Assembly: GCA_016699145.1 (NCBI GenBank)
Contig: CP064962.1
Location: 1-32,000, forward strand
Reading direction: 5' to 3'
DNA length: 32,000 nt
Source: Candidatus Saccharimonadota bacterium
GTDB lineage: Bacteria; Patescibacteriota; Gracilibacteria; UBA1369; 2-02-FULL-48-14
Position numbers and translations under genes: made by a program. Shown here in pieces: positions 23,382-30,942 of this stretch (positions are counted from its first letter, which is position 1; each line of letters opens with the position of its first letter). The notes under the pieces are model-generated. The model was not told where the DNA came from and did not search any database. It worked only from the letters and a program-made list of their open reading frames with translations.

Positions 23382-24860
23382 ATGTCAGCTGTCGTCGCCA
23401 TTGTAGGCCGCCCCAACGTGGGCAAGTCAACCCTCTTCAATCGTTTGGTCGGTAAACGCCGTGCCATCGAATCCAATATTCCCGGGACCACTCGCGACCG
23501 TCTTTACGATAAAACTCTCATCGATGATTATGAAGTTCTTCTGGTGGACACGGGGGGGCTGGAACTGGGTAAAGAAGGGGAAAGCATTGAGGCCAGCGTG
23601 CAAGAACAGTCCCACATCGCCATCGACGGCGCAGACGTGATTCTTTTTGTGGTGGATGTGCGTGAAGATCCCACGGCCGAAGATTTTCATGCCGCAGACC
23701 TTTTGCGCAAATCTAAAAAACCCGTATTGCTTGTAGCCAACAAATGCGACAACCCTCGTTTTGAGGAACAACGCTACAATCTTTACGAACTCGGTTTTGG
23801 CGAACCCATCCCTGTGACCGCGCTGCACTCTTTTGGCATTGATGAACTCGAGAGTCGCGTGGGCGACGAACTCAAGGATCAAGGCTTTGAACGCGATGAA
23901 AAAGCCGCAAAACCCCATGAAGAACGCATCCGCATCGCTTTTTTAGGCCGCCCCAATGTGGGCAAGTCCACCATGGTCAATGCCCTGTTTGGTAAAAAAA
24001 TGGTCGTGGTTTCAGATGTGCCCGGCACCACCCGCGACGCCACCGAAATCGACTTTGAATACAAAGATTTCAAATTCACCCTTGTGGACACCGCCGGCAT
24101 TCGCCGTCGCGGAAAAATTGAACAAGGCATCGAAAAATACAGCATCCTGCGCACCATGCAATCGGTCGACGAAGCCGACATTTGCGTGCTCATGCTCGGT
24201 TTCGACGAAGGCATCACCAACCAAGATTGCCACGTCAGCCAATACATCCTCGAACAGAAGAAAGGACTCATTCTAGTTGTAAACAAAATGGACCTCGTTG
24301 ACCCAAAAAAACGAGATCAAGGGGAGCACATGTTTGTGCACCGGCTCAAAACCAAAATGGCTTATTTGCCCTGGGCACCTGTCATTTTTGCCTCCGCGCT
24401 CGAACGTCGCAACATTTTCCAAGTGCTGGAACTCAGCGCCGAAATTTCAGAGGAGCGCCGAAAAACCGTTCCAACGAAAGATCTTCGTGTGTGGCTGCAA
24501 CTGGCGCTCGACAAACATCCACCCAACATGTCCCGAGGTAAGCACCGCTTCACCGTCTCCAGCGTAGAACAAGTCAGCACACAACCTCCGACTTTCGTCT
24601 TTCGCTGCAATTGGCCCGAAGTCATGCACTTTTCCTATGGACGTTATTTAGAAAATGGCCTGCGCGAAACCTTTGGCTTTGTGGGAACCGCCCTCAAACT
24701 CATTTTCCGCAAACCTGGGGATGAAGGCAAGCAGCACAGAAAGGATGAAGCTGCGGTTGAAGCCGACGACATTGTACTGACCGAAGAATTTGCAGGCAGC
24801 GAACTTCCCACCGAAGAAGAATTGGCTGAAGGGGAGGAGGATTTTTTTGAGGAGCAGTAG
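23382..24860 (+). CDS. der: ribosome-assembly GTPase Der (EngA) with an acidic C-terminal tail
   Basis: Two G domains (GRPNVGKSTLFN/DTGG/NKCD and GRPNVGKSTMVN/DTAG/NKMD) plus a KH-like domain, followed by an E/D-rich tail of about 45 aa. Confidence 0.93.
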   Translation: MSAVVAIVGRPNVGKSTLFNRLVGKRRAIESNIPGTTRDRLYDKTLIDDYEVLLVDTGGLELGKEGESIEASVQEQSHIAIDGADVILFVVDVREDPTAEDFHAADLLRKSKKPVLLVANKCDNPRFEEQRYNLYELGFGEPIPVTALHSFGIDELESRVGDELKDQGFERDEKAAKPHEERIRIAFLGRPNVGKSTMVNALFGKKMVVVSDVPGTTRDATEIDFEYKDFKFTLVDTAGIRRRGKIEQGIEKYSILRTMQSVDEADICVLMLGFDEGITNQDCHVSQYILEQKKGLILVVNKMDLVDPKKRDQGEHMFVHRLKTKMAYLPWAPVIFASALERRNIFQVLELSAEISEERRKTVPTKDLRVWLQLALDKHPPNMSRGKHRFTVSSVEQVSTQPPTFVFRCNWPEVMHFSYGRYLENGLRETFGFVGTALKLIFRKPGDEGKQHRKDEAAVEADDIVLTEEFAGSELPTEEELAEGEEDFFEEQ

Positions 24861-24880
24861 GGACTACGTCAAAAATTATG

Positions 24881-24909
24881 TTGACAGTAAGTGTAAGCTG
24901 TGCTTTAAT
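24881..24909 (+). promoter_or_regulatory. near-consensus sigma70 promoter for the orphan gene
   Basis: TTGACA (24881..24886), a 17-nt spacer ending in TGC (extended -10), then TTTAAT (24904..24909). It lies 42 nt upstream of ATG 24952. Confidence 0.65.
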
Positions 24910-24951
24910 AACAAACCCTAGCATGCGGCCCTGCATCAACTCAAAAATCCG

Positions 24952-25992
24952 ATGAACTCAACTAAAAACATTTACCACAATTTAGACCAAGCAAATGCAG
25001 CCCTAGCTATGAGCTTAGCTCCTATAAGAGGCGCTAGGGCTGAAGAGCCTTTTTATGAATGCTCTAGAGCATTCAACGCTCTCTTAAATGGAGCCATCCA
25101 AAATGCACCTCATGTTTTAGGTGGCGTGGAAGTAGAGTTTGTGGGCCTGGACAAAAGGGATAGTAATGTCCCTCGTTGGCTACAAGCCATTGAGCAAGAT
25201 GTGACTCAACCCGACCCTGTTCGTGAAGCTGCCAAAGAAGGCCGCGTCATCATGCCTTTGCCCTTGGTCGTCGTAACCAGTAGAGCAAGTCATGGTTCAG
25301 GAGTGAGAGCAGATGCCATGGCATCGTTCGAATCGATTAAAGCAGACTGGATCCACCGCTCTGGGGAGGGGCTTCCAGCCATGAGTCTAGCAATGGAGCC
25401 TCCTTTATTTGGCACAAAGCATACAAGCGTACCAATAGGTTCTGTAGAGGCTGTGCGCTTTCTTCCATTCGGGGAATTCAACTTTTCACCCGCTTTGAAA
25501 CCCTATGGTGGATTGGAAGATCGAGGCACTCCATTCACTTATTATATCAAATCGGTGGGCTTTAGGCCGATAAATGACACTACATTGAACCATCTTGACG
25601 ACACGGCGAAACCTATAGTGGCAAATTGGTTGACCTGTAGGCCAGGCAACTATCGTCAAGATCCCAGACCTAAAATGATTATCCTTCCCGGAGAAGAGTC
25701 CCGGTTGCTAACGCTTGATGAAACCATTAGTGACCTCAGAGATCCTCGTGGTATGGAGGTCCGCACAACAGTGGTGGACCAACTGGTACATGGTCAAAAA
25801 AACCGAATAGATGAGGACCTGGTCAATGAGATTCGTGACAAGGAAGGCCTGAAGTGGTCTACAATGACGCGCGAAGAAAAGAGCGCGCTTCTTGCGCCGT
25901 CTAGGAGCCCTGTCCACTCGGTTCAAACAGTTCAAGGGAAAAGAGAGATAGTGGAATACTTGTGGCGCAGTACGCGACAGTCTCTTGCCTAG
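24952..25992 (+). CDS. orphan 346-aa soluble protein of unknown function
   Basis: A clean ORF with its own strong promoter and no TM segment or signal peptide. I recognise no motif. Codon choice (ata, aga, agg, cta, tta) looks atypical for the window, by eye. Confidence 0.6.
   Translation: MNSTKNIYHNLDQANAALAMSLAPIRGARAEEPFYECSRAFNALLNGAIQNAPHVLGGVEVEFVGLDKRDSNVPRWLQAIEQDVTQPDPVREAAKEGRVIMPLPLVVVTSRASHGSGVRADAMASFESIKADWIHRSGEGLPAMSLAMEPPLFGTKHTSVPIGSVEAVRFLPFGEFNFSPALKPYGGLEDRGTPFTYYIKSVGFRPINDTTLNHLDDTAKPIVANWLTCRPGNYRQDPRPKMIILPGEESRLLTLDETISDLRDPRGMEVRTTVVDQLVHGQKNRIDEDLVNEIRDKEGLKWSTMTREEKSALLAPSRSPVHSVQTVQGKREIVEYLWRSTRQSLA
25056..25075. repeat. perfect 20-bp palindrome TGAATGCTCTAGAGCATTCA inside the orphan CDS
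   Basis: Read directly from the sequence; its reverse complement is identical. It shares the CTCTAGAG core with the palindrome at 6178..6197. Confidence 0.9.
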
Positions 25993-26099
25993 GTGGCTCC
26001 TGAAATGTTAAAATGAACTTGCCGATCCGCCCAGAGTCACCAGAGCTAGCCCCGTACTGAACAAATCGAGCTTAGCAAAGCCTTTGTCAAAAGTCTCTG

Positions 26100-26125
26100 A
26101 ATAAAACATGAATCGCAGATTCATG
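26100..26125 (-). terminator. candidate intrinsic terminator for the nucleotidyltransferase gene
   Basis: The minus strand reads CATGAATC-TGC-GATTCATG (8-bp stem, 3-nt loop) followed by TTTTATT. It lies 58 nt after the stop. The stem is AT-rich, so it is weak. Confidence 0.35.
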
Positions 26126-26182
26126 CAAGGGGCACCATCGAAGATGGTTTTGCTGAAATGATATTGTGCAGAATTAGCGGCC

Positions 26183-27106
26183 CTAAATCATCTTCTCCAC
26201 CTTCGCACGCCACGCCTCACGCACCTCAAGCCGTGCATCTTTGTCATGAAACTTGAGCATGGAGTCCGAAATCACCGTACCCCTTTTATCTTCCAGCTCA
26301 TGAAACTTCGCCAGCGCGCGTCCCCACTGTTTTTCCCGGCACCAACGTTCCACCTTGTCGGAGTCGAGAAGCCACTCAAGGAGGCGATGTGCAAGTTTAA
26401 CCCATCCGCGGCTTGCCCTAAAGTAGCGTTTGCGTCGAACAGGCGCAGCAAAATAAGTGGAAAGCCAAGGCCAATTGAGCGCAATAAAATCCTCATAAAC
26501 ACTATAATCTCCCGCCACAGGCTGTAAGCTTTGCGCCCAAAACCCTAAGTAAATGTCATAAGGTTTCAAGAGCAGGGGGCTCAAATCCAGCGCTTCTTCC
26601 GTCACATAAAAACTCAAACAAAAGCGCTCGCGAATTTTCTGTCCATGCCGCCGAAGTCCAAAAAGAGAAGTCAGTAGCGTCAAAGCCAGACGGGCCGTAA
26701 AAAGTCGCCCCGGCTCAGCCACCACAAACAAATCGATGTCGCTGTTTTTGCGCGTGTCGCCCATTGTCACGCTGTTGCACACCGCAACGAGTCGCACAAA
26801 AGGGCAGAGTTGAAAAAGCCACCGCCACCGTGCCACTTTCGCAAAAGCGGCTCGAGTGCGCGCCTGTTTTTCCTCCCACTCTTTCCAAAACTCAGGGTTC
26901 CAGTGAAAACTCAAAAAGCCCTCGCGACGCATCACATAAGAGCTGTCTTTTAAATAAAGATCCAGGGCTCGCTCATCTGGCTTCTGGAAAAGCAAATAGT
27001 CGCTGAGTTCCTCGCGCGTCAAGGGCACTTCAAAAAGATCAAAATAGGCGAGGGTCGCCAGCACCGACTGTTTCACCGTCAATTGTTTAGGAAGCTCCAT
27101 TGCCAT
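26183..27106 (-). CDS. Pol-beta-superfamily nucleotidyltransferase-domain protein of unknown function
   Basis: An NTase signature is present (NSVTMGDTRKNSDIDLFVV, i.e. [GS]-x10-DxD), with a helical N-terminal segment (VLATLAYFDLFEVPLTREEL) and a helical C-terminus. The start is set at MAMELPKQ (27106); the track start at 27160 would overlap uvrC. Confidence 0.6.
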   Translation of the reverse strand: MAMELPKQLTVKQSVLATLAYFDLFEVPLTREELSDYLLFQKPDERALDLYLKDSSYVMRREGFLSFHWNPEFWKEWEEKQARTRAAFAKVARWRWLFQLCPFVRLVAVCNSVTMGDTRKNSDIDLFVVAEPGRLFTARLALTLLTSLFGLRRHGQKIRERFCLSFYVTEEALDLSPLLLKPYDIYLGFWAQSLQPVAGDYSVYEDFIALNWPWLSTYFAAPVRRKRYFRASRGWVKLAHRLLEWLLDSDKVERWCREKQWGRALAKFHELEDKRGTVISDSMLKFHDKDARLEVREAWRAKVEKMI

Positions 27107-27135
27107 ACACGAGGTTCTTATTTTACCATGGGTAT

Positions 27136-29473
27136 ATGGCAAAGTCCCACATTGAATCACTTTTGGAAAAACTTCCGCAAACCCCGGGTGTGTATAAAAT
27201 GAAGGATGAGGAGGGGCGTATCCTTTACGTGGGCAAAGCCAAAAATTTGAGTCGTCGTGTGCGCTCCTACTTTCGCAAACAGCAAAATCGCCCCATGCGC
27301 ACGCAAAAATTGGTGGAGTGCATCGCAGACCTCGAATGGATCGAAGTGGGCAGCGATCTCGAAGCTCTTTTCCTAGAAACCAACCTAATCAAGGAATATC
27401 GGCCCAAGTACAACATCTTGATGAAGGACGACAAAACTACATCTACATCAAAATCACTAAGGAAGATTTCCCACAAATTCAACTGGTGCGGAAGGTGGAA
27501 AAGGATGGCGCGCGTTACTTTGGCCCCAAAACCGCCGCCGGCACCGTGCGCAAAACTCTCATGCTCCTGCAAAAACTATTCATGTTTCGCAGCTGCGACC
27601 TGGGCATCACCTGGACTCCCGACAGCGAATTTCCCGAAAAAGGCCTCGCCACCGTCACAAAAAAAACCATCGCCTACCCCTGTCTGGATTATCACATCAA
27701 ACGCTGCGCGGCCCCTTGCATCGGAAAAATCACGCCGGAGGACTATAAAAAATCCATCGACAAAATCAGCCTTTTCCTCGAAGGAAAATCCAGCGAAATC
27801 GAACAGCAACTCAAGGATCAAATGGCCCTCTGCGCCGCTGAAAAACAGTTTGAAAAAGCCGCGCTGCTCCGTGACAAACTCCTTGCGCTTCAAGAGCTCA
27901 TGGTGCCCAACAAACAGGTGGTCACTTCACCCGAACAGGACAGCATGGACGTTTTTGCCTTTGTGCTCGAAGGGGGAAAGGCCTATTTCAACCTCTTCAT
28001 GCTGCGTGAAGGCAAGCTCATCAATCAAGAAAACTTCATTGCAGACGCCTTTGGTTTTGAGCCTGGGGAGGAGGAGCAAGCCGTGGAAGTCATGGAAGCT
28101 TTTCTTTACCAATATTATGGCAAAGCCACCGATTTCCCCAAACGGTGCTGATTCCTCACGAATTCGAAGAGCCCGACTTTCTCGAAGATTTTCTCAGCAG
28201 CCAAGCCGACTGCCGCGTTTATGTAAAAGTGCCTGAGCGGGGTCGCAAGCACCAACTTCTCGAACTTGCCGAAAAGAACGCCCGCAGCTTTCAAAAGCAG
28301 CACAAAGCTCGCTGGGAAGGCTTTGAAGAACGCGATGAAGAAGCTTTGGAGGAACTGGCAAAATACCTCAGCCTCCCCAAAAAACCCAAGCGCATGGAAT
28401 GCTATGACATTTCCCACCTGGGTGGTTCCGACACCGTGGCGAGTATGGTGGTTTTTGAAAATGGAAAATCCAAAAAGAGCGATTATCGTAAATTTCATCT
28501 CAAATCTTTAGCAGAAGGGGAGATCGACGACTTCAAATCCATGAAAGAAATTTTGTATCGCCGCCTTTCTTATCTCTACCGGGCACCCGCCGGCCTCACT
28601 TTTAAAAAGGCCGCCAAAACGCACAAGGCGGGCATCGAAGAATTGCTCACGGAGTGGCGCAAAGAACCGCAAATCGTGGGCAATGAACTCAGTGAATTCA
28701 CAGTGGCGCTCAAAGATAAAAAAGTGATAGCTCTCCTTCGCCTCACCGAAAGCAGTCCAGCTTGCTACCTGCAAAAATCGCTTTACGTGCTGCCGAGCGA
28801 ACGTGAACAAGGCATTGCCAAAGCCCTAATGCGCTGGACCTTCGACCACAAAAAAGCCAAACGTGTTTACCTGAGCTGCGACGAAGATAGGTGCGCGTAC
28901 TACAAAGATTTTGGCTTCGAAGAAGTCAAAAAAATACCTGAAGAATTTCTACTCCAACTCGAGACTGAACCCTATATGAAGGTCAAAAAATACCTGCTGG
29001 CTTACGACCCCACCAAGCACAAAGATGCCTCTTTTGAATCTAAACCTGACCTCATTGTCATCGATGGGGGAAAGGGCCAACTCAGTCACGCTCAAGAGAG
29101 TGCCCAAGAACTCGCTTGCACCATCCCTATGATCGGTCTCGCCAAACGCGAAGAGGAGGTCTTTGTGCCCGGCAAACCTTTTCCGATTTTAATGCCGAGC
29201 GACTCCAAAGCTTCTTACCTTTTGCAGCGCATCCGCAATGAAGCCCATCGCTTCGCCATAACCTTCCAACGCTCCACCCGCAAACAACACCTCACTGAAT
29301 CCGCCCTGGATAAAGTGAGTGGCCTCGGGGACGTCGGAAAAATGAAACTTCTGGAATACTTCGGCTCCGTCGAACAGATCAAAAAAGCCAGTGAAGCCGA
29401 CATCGCCAGTGTGGTGGGCAAAAGTTTGGCAGGGAAGATTTTGGAGGAATTATATGAAGAGCTTGATGTTTAG
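27136..29473 (+). pseudogene. uvrC: excinuclease ABC subunit C (UvrC), split over three frames by two single-base frameshifts and carrying a GNAT-like insertion
   Basis: GIY-YIG domain (GVYKMKDEEGRILYVGKAKNLSRRVRSY, EYRPKYNILMKDDK). After the A4 run 27433..27436 the reading continues in the frame of ORF 27318..28151 (NYIYIKITKEDFPQ, UVR domain QFEKAALLRDKLLALQEL). After CCCCAAA at 28136..28142 it continues in ORF 28145..29473 (ECYDISH, IDGGKGQL, IRNEAHRFA, HhH GLGDVGKMKLLEYFGS). Confidence 0.9.
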
Positions 29474-29506
29474 TACTATTCATAGTACTATTCATAGTAT
29501 TATTAA
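29471..29506 (+). promoter_or_regulatory. tandem 12-bp repeats (TAGTACTATTCA x2 plus a degenerate TAGTATTATTAA), each containing the 8-bp palindrome TAGTACTA; candidate operator of the TA operon
   Basis: Read directly from the sequence. The array starts at the uvrC stop codon and ends 20 nt before the antitoxin ATG. A further AGTATTAT occurs at 29520..29527. Confidence 0.55.
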
Positions 29507-29525
29507 AAGCACTAAATACAGTATT

Positions 29526-29783
29526 ATGAATAACACCCTCACCGCACAAGAACTAAAAACCAAAGGCACACAAATTTTAAAGGAAAGGACGAAGAGATTT
29601 AAAGAAGCAGTTGTATCCGTCCGCGGGAAAAACACTTACGTGGTTTTAACCATAGAACATTACAATCACCTAAGGGAATGTGAATTGGAAGCTGCTTTAG
29701 CAGCAACTGAAAAAGATATCTCTGAGGGTAATTTTAAGATCAAGAGTATAGAAGATCACATCAAAGAATTGAGACATGCTTAA
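29526..29783 (+). CDS. Phd/YefM-like type II antitoxin
   Basis: An 85-aa protein directly upstream of the RelE-like toxin and overlapping it by 8 nt (VVSVRGKNTYVVLTIEHYNHL). The start is trimmed to ATG 29526, because the track ORF at 29391 runs back into uvrC. Confidence 0.65.
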   Translation: MNNTLTAQELKTKGTQILKERTKRFKEAVVSVRGKNTYVVLTIEHYNHLRECELEAALAATEKDISEGNFKIKSIEDHIKELRHA

Positions 29784-30048
29784 ATTACTTCTAACGGACT
29801 CATATCAAAAGAAGGCTAAGAAGTTTTTTGCAAAAAATCCTACAGTTCTCAATTCATATGAAAAAACATTAAAGCTTTTGTGCATCAACCCTAGACATCC
29901 TTCATTGAGACTCCATAAGCTCAAAAGAAATTTAGAAGGACTCTTCAGCGTATCAATAAATATTTCTTACCGACTTCTCATTTACTTTATTTTTAAAGAT
30001 GATCAAATTGTGCCGGTGGACATTGGCTCTCACGACGAAGTATATTGA
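29776..30048 (+). CDS. RelE/YafQ-superfamily type II toxin (mRNA interferase)
   Basis: A 90-aa protein. HPSLRLHKLKRNLEGLFSVSINISYRLLIYF...IGSHDEVY matches the RelE/StbE-type pattern HPSLxxHKLxGxLxGxxSxxIxxxYRxxxxxxxxxxxxxxIGxHDEVY. Confidence 0.8.
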   Translation: MLKLLLTDSYQKKAKKFFAKNPTVLNSYEKTLKLLCINPRHPSLRLHKLKRNLEGLFSVSINISYRLLIYFIFKDDQIVPVDIGSHDEVY

Positions 30049-30067
30049 AGGCAATTTAACCAATCCT

Positions 30068-30508
30068 ATGAACCTCACCGAACTCCAAGAAAACCTCAAA
30101 CAGGCCATGCTCGCAAAGGATGAGCTCAAAACCTCTGTGCTTCGCATGCTCAAGGCTGAAATCATGAAAATTCAAACGGATGGATCTGGCACCGAAATCA
30201 CCGAAGAAATCATTCAAAATACTCTCCAAAAACTGGTGAAACAACGCAAAGACGCCGCTCAGCAATTCAAAGATGGTGGTCGCCCCGAACTCGCTGAAAA
30301 GGAAGAAGCAGAAATCGCACTTCTACAAGCCTATTTGCCCGAGCAAATGTCCGAAGACGCCATTCGTGCGGAAGTCAAAGCCACCAAAGAAGCACTCGGT
30401 ATCACCGACAAAAGTGGCCTTGGAAAGCTCATGGGGGCTCTGATGGGCAAGCTCAAAGGCAAGGCGGATGGAGGACTCATCAAGAAGATTGTGGAAGAGG
30501 AACTTTAA
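30068..30508 (+). CDS. yqeY: GatB/YqeY domain protein
   Basis: LKQAMLAKDELKTSVLRMLKAEI, RKDAAQQFKDGGRPELAEKEEAEIALLQAYLP and GKLMGALMGKLKGKADG. Confidence 0.85.
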   Translation: MNLTELQENLKQAMLAKDELKTSVLRMLKAEIMKIQTDGSGTEITEEIIQNTLQKLVKQRKDAAQQFKDGGRPELAEKEEAEIALLQAYLPEQMSEDAIRAEVKATKEALGITDKSGLGKLMGALMGKLKGKADGGLIKKIVEEEL

Positions 30509-30768
30509 ACGTTCCTTTTAAGCCACACTTTTTTCACCGCAGGAATCGTGAGCGTCGACAAAAAGAATCCGACACTCGGCACGATGGCGTTCACGAAAAT
30601 ATTTCCAATCCCCGTCGTCCAAAACACCAATACCATCACGGTGTAGGTCAAAATCAAAACAAGCACTTTGCGCGTCCAACTCGTTTCCCATGCCTTATCG
30701 GCCTCCACTTTTTTATTGCGGGCCTTGAGTTGATCGATCTCAGACAGTAGGTCTTCTATCGTAGCCAT
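30505..30768 (-). CDS. hypothetical small membrane protein (N-terminal coiled segment plus two TM helices)
   Basis: An 87-aa protein starting at MATIEDLLSEIDQLKARNKK. The track ORF (to 30873) runs through the tRNA gene, so it is trimmed here. Confidence 0.5.
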   Translation of the reverse strand: MATIEDLLSEIDQLKARNKKVEADKAWETSWTRKVLVLILTYTVMVLVFWTTGIGNIFVNAIVPSVGFFLSTLTIPAVKKVWLKRNV

Positions 30769-30774
30769 AAGTTT

Positions 30775-30863
30775 TGGTGCCGAAAGTGGGGGTCGAACCC
30801 ACACTCCCGATGAAGGGAACGGGATTTTGAGTCCCGCGCGTCTGCCAGTTTCGCCATTTCGGC
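30775..30863 (-). tRNA. tRNA-Leu (anticodon CAA), type II with a long variable arm and an encoded CCA
   Basis: The reverse complement is GCCGAAATGGCGAAACTGGCAGACGCGCGGGACTCAAAATCCCGTTCCCTTCATCGGGAGTGTGGGTTCGACCCCCACTTTCGGCACCA. The acceptor stem is GCCGAAA/TTTCGGC. The anticodon stem is CGGGA/TCCCG with loop CTCAAAA. The T arm is GTGGG-TTCGACC-CCCAC. Confidence 0.93.
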
Positions 30864-30890
30864 ACGGGCGCAAAATTACAGCATTTTTCC

Positions 30891-30919
30891 GTGCAAAACA
30901 AGAAGCATTGTGCTATCTT
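30891..30919 (+). promoter_or_regulatory. candidate promoter for the DsbA-like gene
   Basis: GTGCAA, a 17-nt spacer ending in TGC, then TATCTT, 23 nt upstream of ATG 30943. A divergent TGCTGTAAT element on the minus strand (30875..30883) could drive the tRNA. Confidence 0.35.
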
Positions 30920-30942
30920 GCCCGCACACTTATCCACTCGCT

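Noticed and set aside
27437-28236. Continuation of ORF 27100..28236 (Pro/Ser/Lys-rich, 378 aa)
   Set aside because: After the A4 run at 27433..27436 this frame is out of phase with UvrC. The genuine UvrC sequence continues in the frame of 27318..28151.
29391-29525. Upstream part of ORF 29391..29783 (including STIHSTIHSII)
   Set aside because: It overlaps the uvrC 3' end and simply translates the tandem operator repeats. The antitoxin starts at ATG 29526.
30769-30873. N-terminal extension of ORF 30505..30873 (MRPCRNGETGRRAGLKIPF...), and ORF 30740..30937
   Set aside because: This stretch is the tRNA-Leu(CAA) gene read as protein. The CDS was trimmed to ATG 30768.
30769-30942. Integrase or genomic-island boundary at the tRNA-Leu gene
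   Set aside because: No integrase, no duplicated tRNA 3' end and no direct repeat of the tRNA was seen in the flanking sequence. The neighbouring genes are ordinary housekeeping or small membrane genes.
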